This document shows positions 49,008 to 61,754 of a DNA stretch of 64,000 nt, one piece after another (position 1 is the stretch's first letter; the number at the start of each line of letters is the position of its first letter). Source of the DNA: Glycera tridactyla (taxonomy: Eukaryota); the NCBI GenBank assembly GCA_965644265.1, contig OZ286466.1, positions 41,540,001 through 41,604,000 on the forward strand, in the 5' to 3' direction. The notes beneath the pieces are model-generated. The model saw only the letters and a program-made list of their open reading frames with translations. It was not told the origin of the DNA and ran no database searches. Position numbers and translations under genes: made by a program.

Positions 49008-50581
49008 TAATCGGTTCAGACACACCTCCCTCTACATACAATTACACAAATCTACCTAGATGTGTGACATTATCTAATCAAACCCCAATATCTGCCTTCA
49101 AAGGAATACTAAGATACGAGACAAGCAAAAGGGGCAGGGGCATGCTCAATCACATGCACATTCTTTGCTCTATTCCCCACTAATTGCGGTCCAATTCTGA
49201 TGATAAAAATGAACTACTCCGCAACCAATGCTTTTTTCTGTTGTTAATATAGACTTCAATCACATCTCAGAACTATGAAACATGCAAGATGAAACTTGAG
49301 CACAACAAAATGCCTTTTAACAGAGCACAGTACTTAAAATGAGGGACTGTATGAATATGAGAATGACCAGATGGTCAACATCGGTGTATGTATGGAGTGT
49401 GCTCCTGGATGGGTTATTCAGTAGCTAATTTTGTAAGAGTTTGGTTAGCACAATGTAGGAGACTCCTCACTCCTACACAGACTGGACAGTTGCTGCCATG
49501 CTGTAAATCCAGGTTTAGATGACTTCCGAGAATGTAAATCTGTACATTCCATCGGCCTATCAGGGAATATAGTTATGAGACACAGTTGAACACAGGTGTG
49601 GCCGGGCGAATGATGGTTTCCTGACAATAACTTAGAAAGTTTGAGGGCCAGCTATCTCAAGATTTTCAAGGTCATCAGGTGCAAAAAGGTCAAAACTGTT
49701 TCTGGGGGATAAATAATTCGAGAAATTTGAGGGCCAGCCATCTCTACTCACTTTGATATAATACATACATACTCTCCCAGGCTATGGCATGACACCCATT
49801 GATCATGGGGCGGCCATCTTGAATTTGGAGGTCACTCAGAGTAAGAAGGTGAAAATGCTTCCCAGACAATAAGTTGGAAGATTTCAGTGTTAGCCATCTT
49901 AAATTTGAGCCATAGACTTTACTAAACCATAGCAAAACATCTATTGATGTTGTGGTGGCCATCTTGAAATTCAAGATCATCTTGTACAAAAAGGTATTGG
50001 TTTTGTTCATATACGAGTGTACAGCTACCATAATACAGTGAAACACAGCCTTTGAAGTTGGACAGTCCATGTACACAGGTCACCCTATGAAGCAGAATAC
50101 TCTTTTTAGCAATGATGAACATTTTATTAGAAACTTTGACCCGCTTGTCTGAAATTTAAAATTCGATCCCTGATGGTGTTGGTTTTGCCATGATGTCATT
50201 GTGTGGCGACTGTGGAAAGCAGTCGCTGTGCTGTGCATGTATACTAGGATAGAAAATTGATTACCTCCTGAGTTATTCATTATAGCAACAGACAGGGAGC
50301 AGTCACCACTACATGGCCACTGGCATGGTTAACACAAATCCCTCATGAATCATGCTGGTTTAGAGTTGGGATTTGGGCTGGTAAGAGTTTGAAATATGAT
50401 GAGCAATTTATCTCGCAGTGACCAGCCCAGCCCGGTGTAATACAGCATCAGTAAACATGCAGAATGCACTTCCCCAAGTTCAAACTCTATTTTGTTCAAT
50501 ACGTACCATACTCATTGGATGATTTTGATCACAATTTCTGTCTATAAAGCACATCAATAGAAGACAACCACAATGAAAGAT

Positions 50582-50758
50582 CAGGGCTCTATGTTGGTCA
50601 GAATACTTCTGGCCCTTAAGTCAATATGTTGAAAATCATTGACAAATATTGGTAACCATTCAATACAATGTCAATTAAGACCTCAACATTTTTGGCCCGA
50701 GTGTACATTTGGTAGCCATTGGCTATCCACAGGTATATTATAGCAATTTAGAGCCCTG
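50582..50758. mobile_element. hAT-type MITE with 5-bp TSD
   Basis: Perfect 10-bp TIRs CAGGGCTCTA / TAGAGCCCTG; TSD AAGAT on both sides. Confidence 0.85.
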
Positions 50759-50993
50759 AAGATTGTTTTCTCTGAGCAGCTTTTCTATCCAACAAAGTCA
50801 AACATACCTCTCATGGGACCACTTCATCATTGAAAAACTATGTTATGCTGACACTTATCAGCTATTTATTGCAGGTTTTAGTATATGTGATGACTGAGGT
50901 CAAGTTGCCTCAAGATCTGCCAGCAAAGAATCCAACGGGAAAGATGGCAAATTCACACCTCATGTGGCTATTGTTAAACCATTCCTGTCAGTA

Positions 50994-51951
50994 CAGTAAA
51001 ACCTATGACGAGTGACCACCCTAGAAAGCACGAAAAAGTGGTCGTTGAAGAAAGGTGGTCGCTTGTCGCAGGTTCGATCAACTGGTCGCAAACACATTTT
51101 CACATACCAAATACTTCCAATATCGCCCACTAATATTTCGCTGAATTAACATCAATATTCACCGATTACTTCGCAAAATACACGCAAATGGCACGAAATA
51201 GATGTAAAGCAACTCCACTGTTGACAAATGCCAATATTTTCATGAGGAAATATCACTATCATTTGCCAGAAACAGTAAAATTTGTGCCCTTTTGGCCGTG
51301 TCTCAAACAAACTGCGTACCACTATCATCAAGGGAACCCCTCAATACGTATATATTTCAAGATCTGACCAAAGACAGCATCCCCATTCCTCCAACAACAT
51401 TAATAAACTAATACACGAACGATTTTCAGCTTCAAAATGTTGAATTCGTGCAGGAATATCATCCGTTGAAAGAAGAATCGTTTATAAGAAAAATAATTTT
51501 CGAGCCATCTTGTCATGTGTTCGGGAGAGAGAGGCTAGACATGGGGGACTGTGTTGTGCAATAACAAGCAGCGGATGTTTGACGGATTTTCTGCGTATAA
51601 TTCGTCATGTAGACATGTAATATCGTAGCCACGCTGAGTTCTCGGGTGCTTCAACACTGAGCAAACAGGCGCAAATGACCGGAAAATAGGCTTCAGTGAA
51701 GTATAGCATGAATAGCGATGAGCATATCGTTTATACACTCCGTCACGGTTGATTATCGCCCAACAACAACATACTAGTGCCGGTCAAGCTGCCGATTTGC
51801 CTCGAGTGGTCGTTCGTCACAGGTAATCGCTGATCGCGTTAGGCGCGTTAAAGAGGTGGTCGCCCGTCAAAGGCCATCTTAGAAGTATTTGATATTTTGG
51901 CAGGAAAAACGGTCGTTCAAGAAAGGTGGCCGCTCGTGACAGGTTTCACTG
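50994..51951. mobile_element. 958-bp non-autonomous Tc1/pogo-type element
   Basis: Imperfect ~27-bp TIRs (CAGTAAAACCTATGACGAGTGACCACC / GGTGGCCGCTCGTGACAGGTTTCACTG), TA on both flanks, CpG-rich interior. Confidence 0.85.
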
Positions 51952-54226
51952 TATACTTCAGTGATTCACAGCAAATTGTCCAGGATGAAGCTTTCCGTCC
52001 ACATGCAAAATGTGCCATCTTTTTTTTACATAAACAGAGAGAACAGCATTCTTAATGATGACTTGGGGGGCATAATTGTATTGACTCAACAGAATGGATG
52101 GAGGTCATGGAAAAATTACACGAGACGGTCTCTATGAGCAATAAGGGTCCAAGTTTTCACTTGACTTGGGAATACAAAAGCAAGCATAATTCTCAAATAT
52201 TTGAAACAGTCTGAGGGCTCAATATTTACATCATTCATTTTCAAATCTAAGGACAAATTCCTAAGAACAATGTGAATTATACCTGGTGTATCCTCAACCA
52301 AATGTCTCCATTTAAAGAATCTTCACAATTTTTATTTTGTGACCAAGTGTCAAACACTTTTTTGAGGTCAAGGAACCAATGCCTATGGCTATAGAGCATG
52401 CTATATATGAGTGAAGTTGAACTATCATGATACCAACACGAGATAATTTGCTCAAAACTAATGCTCGGAATCACTTGCTAAAGTGATGATCGGTTAATCA
52501 GATTTAACAGCGAGTGATTATCGATCAAATAATCAGAGTCAGGGTTCACCTGGCTGACCTCATAATGCTGAAAATTTGCTGTGAATTCATAAATTTTTAC
52601 CCATATTCAAGGGCGATGAACTCATTGACAAAGCAAAAATTTGCTTCAAATAATGCACCCGGACTTGTGATTGTAGATTTACGTTCATTTTTTCTATAGC
52701 TTCTGAGCTTGGTAAAATATTTTGCTTCATATTCATAAGATGCAATAATCAATATATCATGGTATTCATTGAAGCACCACTCAAAACTCCGATATGTAAC
52801 TTATTCCAAATGATGGTCACTTGACATTTTCACACATTGCCAAAACTGAATGATGGGTAATGCTCAGGTTGCTGCTCATAAAAGACCGAGGTGCAACTTC
52901 ACTGATGGCGGTGGGCAAACTATGTTTCCGATTTGTATCAGATATCATGCAAACAGCCAGTTATTAGATCCCTCTCGGTTGATTCATCTGGCTTCGAGGG
53001 GTTATGATGGTTTTAGAAGTGAGTCCCACGATATGGCCATTTATTACAGGAAGCTTTAAAAAGGATCACGGCAGATGAGCTCCCCTTGCCTGAACCCTTT
53101 GACCCCCACATCTCTTGCCACTTGGGTCACTATCCAATCACCAAAAAGCTTATATCCATCAGCTCTGAACAAACAAAATTGCACAATAGGCGTATTGCTC
53201 ATCACCTCTGACGGACAGAAATTGATTTCAATCAATTAAATTAATTCAAAAATCACTGCTTTGATTCAAGAATTAAACTATATATTCATATGAATTAGGA
53301 GGTTCAACAATGGGCCACATAAACTTCCTATCGAGATAGCTGATGCAATGCATAGCTTTTTATGTATACATATGTGAGTTCATAGATTACATAAAGAAAT
53401 GCATACTGGGCACAAATAAATATTCAACAGGATAAACCAGGATAGGTGAGGCATTCATTATTTTTATTTTTTGCATCTCCTGGTACATTACCTGAATGAA
53501 AAGAGACATGCACAGTGAGTAGCATTTCAGGAGTCCATCATTTTATAGGAAAATATGACCACAGGAAATATCTCATCGAGGTGTAGAGACAGAAACCTTT
53601 CCAGCTATTGTGTATTTCACAATATACATGTATGTACAAGAAGTATCATGGGAAATTACAACTGATATGCAATATGGTTATCAAATCCTTCTCACAGTTG
53701 AAAGAAATCTTCATGAGAGTGAGTGTGGATTCTGTTATCCATCTAGAGAATTCTGTATACCCATTGTGCATTCCATATATAGAAACCCCAAGGACTTGCT
53801 CAAGTACCATACTCTGGTCTCTCAAGGCCCATCAGAGAAACCAGGAGCTTTGTATGACTACACCCACATGAATTTCAACACAAGGATTATACACGTACTT
53901 GGAAGTGCTGTTGTGTATACAGTTAACCAGCAAAGAGCAAGCACCCTACATCTCTTGAAATTAGGTCTCTCAAGACAGGTTCTTGCTGCTTTTACTGTAT
54001 ATTGCCGAAAACACTCGCAGTGGGCGAAGGTACAGGCAAGTGCTGTGCGCGCCTATTTGGAGCTGAATCTGAGGGAAAACTGCTCACTAATTTGCCATAA
54101 ATGTGATTAAAACACTCACCAAATTGATGAATAATGATGGCAGCCTTCCGTTTAAGTTGAGTTTAAGGAGGGGATGCGCATCTATTTGGGTATGGGCGAA
54201 TATATGGCAATATACGGTAGGTATAT

Positions 54227-55961
54227 GGCCAATTCTCCGAAATTGGGGCCAGCTACCGAAAAACGTATCTTATGTAAATCCTGCAGCTTTCAACCAGAAT
54301 TTGGACATGGTGACTGATGTAATGTGATTCAAACAATAGTTGGTCCAATTTTGATAGGAATATCTCTAATTTTGGTGAAGTTAGAGGCAATTTAATGGCC
54401 AAAATTGGCCATTTTTGACCGCACAAAACGTAACACCAGACCCCACCCTACTTTGGTGATGTGCTATATCAAATTGAGATAATCCCAAGATCTCAAACAT
54501 ACTCAGTCTTGACAATCGATAGCAGGGCTTCATTTTACAACCTTGGGACATGTCAGATGTTAGAGATAAATAGCTCCCTGATATCTCTGAACTGCGTCAC
54601 AGTATGTTACTACCATTCCGTCAATTTTTGAGTGCAAGTTCACCATTCAATCCCACTGATTTCTGCTATGAATCAACTCGTGTATCACCATCAGATCATT
54701 TGAAAATATTGTTACAATGACCAACCCAGTGCTCAAAAGAATCAACAAGGTGATAAACAACCTCTAAAAAATGATTTGGCACTTAAAGGGTGACATTTCC
54801 GTCAATGGATAACATACCTATGGTCAGAGTTTTAGCATGTTTACAAGCAACAGGTGCCATCTTGGATTGATCACTCCTTTAAATGTGATCCCCATGCATT
54901 CATGACACTATATATTTTTCCGGTTTAGTTCATAATTTGGTTTATAATTGATAAAAAAGTGCATGGATGTCAATTGAAAAATTATAGTAACATGCAAACT
55001 TTGCATAACATACATATATACTAGGTGATACTAAGCCAAGGATCTCAGGATAAAGTTGACCTTGTTGGACGGTTGCTCAACATTTGGATGATCCATGCTT
55101 TTTCATCCACTGATAGTCACAAATGATCACTGTGGTATAGGAATATGGATGATGTGAGCATATGTATGTTACTTTGACATAATCTGCACAAGCTACAACC
55201 CAATATGTACGTTATCCTTGACTTTTTTTCTTGAGAGTGGTCATATAAAATCAGATAACTTGGAAAGTCCAAATGTTTTCAAGCCTATTCAATGATATTA
55301 TGTAAATTTGAATTACTGTGAAGATAAATGTAGCTACTAGCTACTTTTGGTGGCAATTACTGAATGAAATTTACATGAGATAACTCGGGTGTAAAAAAAT
55401 GGCGTCAGCAGTAACATACGTCACATAAAATAACATACATATAAGATGATGTTCATTACTTCCCAACGTTTCCAGAGAATGACGAAACCCTGTTCCCATC
55501 ATCTCATCAATATGTATTCAATTGGAATAATGAGTTTGGTACTTATGCTTATTGTAATTGCTTAGAAAAAAAAACTTAAAGACAGCGCCTGAAGATTGAG
55601 GACGGACATTGTATTCCTGGCTCAAATCTTTTTGAATGACTGACCTTGAGAAGGAAATAAGTAGTGTAGAATGACATCCTGGAACAAAGTTTATTGATTT
55701 ATAATGATAATTGTTAATTCAGAGCAATTTATGAGTGTTTTTGAGAGATTCTTATAAAAAAGTAACATACGCAACGGCTGACGACCCCCACTCATGAAAA
55801 CAGTGATAATTATTTTTTGGCTCAGCAGATCTCCCCGATTTTTTCGGTATGAAGACCCAACAAGTGGTGGAACTGTATGGCAATAATGGTTTATCAAAAA
55901 GGATTGTTTGAAAAAGTGACCCTATCTGCCATTTTTTGGCCCCAATTTGGGAGAATTGGCC
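54227..55961. mobile_element. Inverted second copy of the 37069-38788 element
   Basis: Reverse complement matches along its whole length with small indels; ATAT on both sides. Confidence 0.85.
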
Positions 55962-57751
55962 ATATTCGCAATCGCTCTCGCATACAGGCTGCTTAGAAAG
56001 CAAGGTTGCTCATCAATATGTTTACATTATAAACCCACTCTATCATTCCTGCACATCACCCAGATGACAGTAAGCCTGTGATATACTGCAAGAAAACAAG
56101 CCATCACATGCCTGGGTCAAATATCAGATGCTTTCACCATTTATCTGGATCACATCATCAAGGCACGGCCAATGGGGCCAATACAAACCGGTCCTGTCAT
56201 CAAGCATGCTGGGAGGAATATCATAAGTGATGTTGTAGATCATGTTGGTATGGACTTATGGATGAAGGCTTATTTCCTGACTTATAACTTGATACACTAC
56301 GGGTACCTGAAAGCAGTGAAAATCAGACATAAACTGGGACAATTTCTTGAGCTTGAGTTAACAATGGTGCCCTAATCAGATGAAGCCAGAAAGAAAATGA
56401 ATTCATAACTGCCACTTCAGGCACACCCAAACCTACATGAAATAACACAATTATATCTGTGTACATTATTGAGGGCTGACAGCAAGAATATGCTGTGGAA
56501 TAAAAAACTTTGATGTCTTGATTATCACTTATGTGAAAAATATAAAATGTGACATGTGAATTTCAAAAACTATCATCCATTTGCCATTATTTCATAGGGT
56601 TTGTCATTCAGTTGACATTACTTAACTTATAGAATGATACTTTATAAGAACTGGGAATAGCACTAGTACCGGTATCTATCAGACAGAACACTGTGTTTGA
56701 GAGACATGAGCTGCGTCCAGCTGGATCATGACAGAACCTGTCTCCACTTGAAAATGAGTGTGACACAGAGTGACTACAGAATTAGCTCATAATGTATCAT
56801 ATCAGAATGTACCGAATCAGAATGTATCATATCAGAAGGTTTAGTGAACACAAATATATTCAATCTTCTGTTACAAAATTGTATATCACTTTCATCCTTC
56901 ATCCATGAAAAAAAGCAGCTGAAATCTTATCACTTCATCTTGCCGATTGGACTCGGCACATGACCTGGAATGAACAAGGAAAGATCCAGTCCAAGCAAGT
57001 AGGGAGTTGAGAGCTGCTTGAGAGGGGCAAGCCATTTCTGTTGCCATGGCTACAAATGAACAGCAGCTAAGTGACATCTAGTGTTTCCCACAAGTAAGCT
57101 ATCCACACACAACCAAGTGGGTTTCTATCCTCCGCAGACTGAGTGACCTTGACTTCGTGACCTTTTGTTGAAGTGCTACTGATACCTTATTCTCTTACCC
57201 ACTTAGCCATTTTACATGACATATCAATCACATAACATGCCCAATAGAGATAGTAGGTAGGAATTCTTAGTCATCATGGAAATCAATTATTCTCCTAACT
57301 GAATCCGGCAAATGCACCAAAATCCGCTTGAAATGTCATTACCTGAAAATCTTACTCCTGAATACAATTCATTGAAAAAGTAGTATTCCAATTGCTGATT
57401 AAAAATATGGATCCAAAATAGTTTCCGTATCATCTCTTCACTTCAAGAAGAGCTCAGGGATGTGATTTGCTCACAATAGAAAACCTCCACATGTTTTCTG
57501 TAGCTAATGCACTCCCATAGAACCAACTATACAAGCCCTTGAATACAATTCACCAAAAGATGATGTGTACCAGAAAGTCTGTGGCCTCCAGCATCCTGAA
57601 AAGTTTCAAATAATCACAAGAAAACATCCCACTTGACCTCCTTGAGATGGTTTACATTCGATAGAAAAGGAAAGTAAACAGTTTTAAAAGCTTGAAAACA
57701 GTACTCGGCTGGCAATGAGATCAGTTCAATCTTGCCTGAGCCACTAGGTCA

Positions 57752-57964
57752 CAGTGCTGGATATCAGGGGAGATTTTGAGACACTTGTCTCACATTTGAG
57801 TATTAAGTCTCACATTTTGAAGAGTGGTGAGTCAAATGTCTCACTTCAGTCCCACCCAGAGCAAACACTTGTGACATTTGTTTCATAGTTGTGTAAATTG
57901 TCTCATATTTTGGATAGTGGTGAGACAAATGTCTCGCTTCAGCCATACCTCAGAGCCAACACTG
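57752..57964. mobile_element. hAT-type MITE, CAGTG termini, probable 6-bp TSD
   Basis: CAGTGCTGG / CCAACACTG; flanks AGGTCA / AGGTCG. Confidence 0.7.
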
Positions 57965-58113
57965 AGGTCGCCATTCTTCAGGGGCCCAACCTATAAAGTA
58001 CCGGAATCTGTCACAGAGGTATTTCACAGATTACCTGCTTTGGCAACTTCTGCATATTTCACTTTTCCAGTTATTACTAACAGTCGGTGTATGAACATTG
58101 ACGTTTTAGGATA

Positions 58114-58404
58114 CAGGGATGTGATTGGCTCACAACCGAAAACCCTGAAAACCTGACTGCAGACTGGAGGCGCTTTTCACAGAGATTTTGTGGGACAATA
58201 CTACCAAAACAACGGCTAACTAATGGCTACTAAACCTGCCTACAAACACTATGCTTCATCTCTACTAATTCTGGTCCAATTTTCATGATCTAAAATCCAA
58301 AATTATCAGCATAAGATGCTCTTTTCTGCCATATGCTTTGATTACTGCATCTATGATTAAATAAAACCGGAAATCTGCAGATCCGCGGAACAATCACATC
58401 CCTG
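58114..58404. mobile_element. hAT-type MITE with CAGGGATGTGATTG TIRs, probable 6-bp TSD
   Basis: 14-bp TIRs; flanks AGGATA / AGGATG; same family as 11788-11977. Confidence 0.8.
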
Positions 58405-59522
58405 AGGATGCAAACAAGTTGGCCGACACATGCCATTGATGTGTTCTGTGGATTGATGCTGACAGCTGCCATGCAATTAGCGAGTTCAGCCAGTATTGTG
58501 GCATGACAGTGATGCTGATCAGTATGACGCTGATGATCGCTACCATCATACTGAGACAGACGGTTCATTGTCAAGAGCAACAAGCGATGAGCATGCCTGA
58601 AGAGCAACCTGTGATAAACGATTACCTGTGATGAGCGACCATTTTGTTGATACCTACAAATGTGTTTGACCAGGCTTAACAGACATTATCAATCCTGCAT
58701 GATTACACATACATATGTGATCTGCACATTCCAAAAAGCATTCGTCTCTCAGGATTTGAGGCACTTTGAATCTTGGACACATGGCAGCCAAGCCTAGATT
58801 GAAGGAATCTTGACTCATGTCCAACTCCGGCCACAGCTCCTCAAAGACAGTCAGCACCTCTAAAAATAAGAATTAAATTAAAGGAAAAGGAAACAGAGGC
58901 CCACACCAGAGGACTTTTGGGACCAGTGAGTACTGTAATGCATAATGTTGAGTTGTGAATGAGGATCCAACTTTTGGGCCCAATCACATGAATTTTGAGG
59001 CTGATAGAGCAGAGGTGTGAGAAGATTGTGAGCAGATTGAAGTGTGTGAACATAATGACAGCATACTGCCGCTGACATTATAATGGAGGATTTAGTTGGC
59101 AGGCGGAATAATTAATGGCAAGAGAAGAATGAAGGCAAGCTGTCAAGACAAATCGCTCTCAGACAAATCGCTCGACCAACCGCCAGATGACAAAGAGCGT
59201 ATGCATGACAAGTGAGCTGAAAAATGACAGCCTTCAAACACCCACACTCACGGCCATGTCCTTGTGATGAAGAGAACCCTGTCTCCCTGCACTTCTACAA
59301 CCCCTAATTGCAAAATCAATCCTGAAATTCCGACTTCTGATGATATCTTGGTTGGCTGGTGGGTTGATTGTTTGGAGCATAGTTTGGTTGGCTGGCTGGT
59401 AAGGTTGGTTAGGTGGTTAGTTTGTTGGTTGTTTGATTGGTTGGATGGTCGAGATTTAACAGCACAAGTGAGATGGCAATGTAGTGCAAGCACAGGACAT
59501 GTCTCTGTCAAGAAGGGAAATA

Positions 59523-59682
59523 CAGTAAAACCTGTCTTGGGAGACCGCCCCAAATGCAATGAAAAGTGGTCTCTCATTGGAGGTATATTTAACTATGTCA
59601 AATACAGAAGAGCCGATAAAGAGTGGTCTCCCATTAGAGGGTGGTCTCCCAAAAGAGGGGTCTCCCAAGACAGGTTTCACTG
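59523..59682. mobile_element. TA-type MITE (family M2), complete
   Basis: TA|CAGTAAAACCTGTCTTGGGAGACC ... GGTCTCCCAAGACAGGTTTCACTG|TA. Confidence 0.85.
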
Positions 59683-60549
59683 TAATATGAAGCACTTTTT
59701 TGGCCACCCACGGTTGGACTCTATCATTCTCCACCAAGCAAACATTGCAGGAGAACCATGACATCACACTGGGAATGCGCGACGTAACCCTGGCTACAAT
59801 GCTCCTTCGGGTTACAACCTTCAAAGGAAATTTGCATTAAATTTTAGAGTTGAGTGTTCTACTCAATTCTGTGTGATTCCGAGTTTAGGCTATTTTAGCC
59901 TCATCAGTTACCAATATTGAAATAAATAATAAGTTAATTTATTTCAATAACTGTATGGCTGCCCCCCTCTCGATTGGCGGCCTATTGGCTTCTCCCTGTA
60001 CGAGTGAGCATCCTTTTTGGTCTCATTTCTCAATTGATTAAATTGATTGATGAGATCAAAACTCAAATATTTTTACTGGATGGGGGTCGGATGTTGAGCT
60101 GATAATTTCCCACTGAATTCATGGGTGGGTCACTTTTCATTCATCGGGGGGTATTTTTTACCCCAACGTCATGTGATCTCTACCCAAATATTGACAAATT
60201 GGGTCCTAGGGGAATTTGGAACCCAGTTATAATCAATGGTTCTCAAATATTCTTCTGCGTCATCAGCGGCTCCCTGGATGGGGTTCCTGGGTTGGACTCA
60301 CTCCAGGATGGGATGAAATGCATGTAGTTATGGATGCAAGTAAGGACTTAAATAGAATTATGTGGACGAGGCTAGGTCCCCACCATATATATATATATAT
60401 ATATATGGGAAGACGAGGCAAACAATGTTCTTCTCCTGCTGCAAGACTCAGACTGAAGTTATTTACCAAACGGATGCCGTGATGTCACAAACGGTGCCGC
60501 ATTCTGTTGCCTAGCAGTGGAGTCGCGGTCGCGTCCTAGTCGATCACGA

Positions 60550-60563
60550 CGCCATCTAGTGGC
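60550..60563 (-). promoter_or_regulatory. Candidate CTCF-binding motif
   Basis: Minus strand GCCACTAGATGGCG matches the CTCF core consensus; CpG-rich context. Confidence 0.35.
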
Positions 60564-60611
60564 TCTAGGACAACTAAACACACACACACACAAAAGAAAT
60601 ATATATATATG

Positions 60612-60788
60612 CAGTAAACCCTGTCTTAAGTGAAAAGTCACAGGAGCAAAATTTTCTTTCACTCAAGACAGGATTTTGCTTAGCGCAGTACAATTATAGT
60701 GAGAAAAAAAACATCCGGGCAGACCGTGGGGTATGTGCTTAAGACAGGATTTGCTTAGCACAGGTTTACACTCGAGCAGGTTCCACTG
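60612..60788. mobile_element. TA-type MITE (family M3)
   Basis: CAGTAAACCCTGTCTTAAGTG ... CAGGTTCCACTG|TA. Confidence 0.7.
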
Positions 60789-61754
60789 TATATCAATCTT
60801 GTACTTTCTGCATGTAAAAAACTCCCAAACATATGGAACTACAGTTATATGCATTTTTCCTTTATCAACTGTTTGTTCATACAAGCATTGAATAATTGCT
60901 CAACAAACCCATGAAGAAGATCATACCATGGGAACTGAATATTGGTGTCCAACTTCCAGATATGTTTGCCACTTCATCATTCACTGAGTATTCTGTAATT
61001 CAATGACAATGAATGATAATTTCCAGGAGAAATCTAACATCTTTACTACCTTGGTGGTACAAAAAATGTAATGAATATTGACAATTCCCATCACTAATCC
61101 ATTCATCCAAAGTTTGGCTCTTGGTAGCATAGCAACGAAAAATATCATGATAGACGGTAGATAGGCCTGGTATCAACATCCTACCGATTACCATAACAGT
61201 GGGGACATGCATCACCCTAGAAATGCATACAGATTTTATTTGGAGATTTGATGTGCTATGAATATAAATGCGGCCAGTGCTTTCCGATCAGGGCCATCAT
61301 ATTCCTCAGGAGATTCAGCCGACAACTTAGATGCCCAGAAAAATCAGAATATGGAATATCCAACATTCACTCCATGTCTTGCAGCCCCCCCCCCCCCCCC
61401 CCCTTTTACAAAGATACAAATCAGGGTTCCCTCTCTGTATTAGCGTTTTAGCTAAAGGTAATGAATAAGGGAAATGCTAAAAATTATTTGATTTGCTATA
61501 ATGATTTGCCAGAGTCATTTACAATCTTGATGGCCAAAGATGGCGGGGCTGGTTTTTTGTTGATGAACATTCACCTAAATTCATGTGTTTTGGCAGAAAA
61601 ACGCAGCAGAAAGAATGGCATAAGAATGCCATCATTTTTTCATTTGGGTGAGATGATTCAGTGAAATGCTTTCTGATCTCTTCAAAGCGTTTTCTGAATT
61701 GTGAAAAATATCTCCATTTTGCTAAAATCATCCACTAAGAGGTTTTTCATTGTA

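Noticed and set aside
53610-54110. 166-aa ORF
   Set aside because: Starts at a non-ATG codon in AT-rich DNA, no recognisable motif, its 3' part crosses repeat-like sequence
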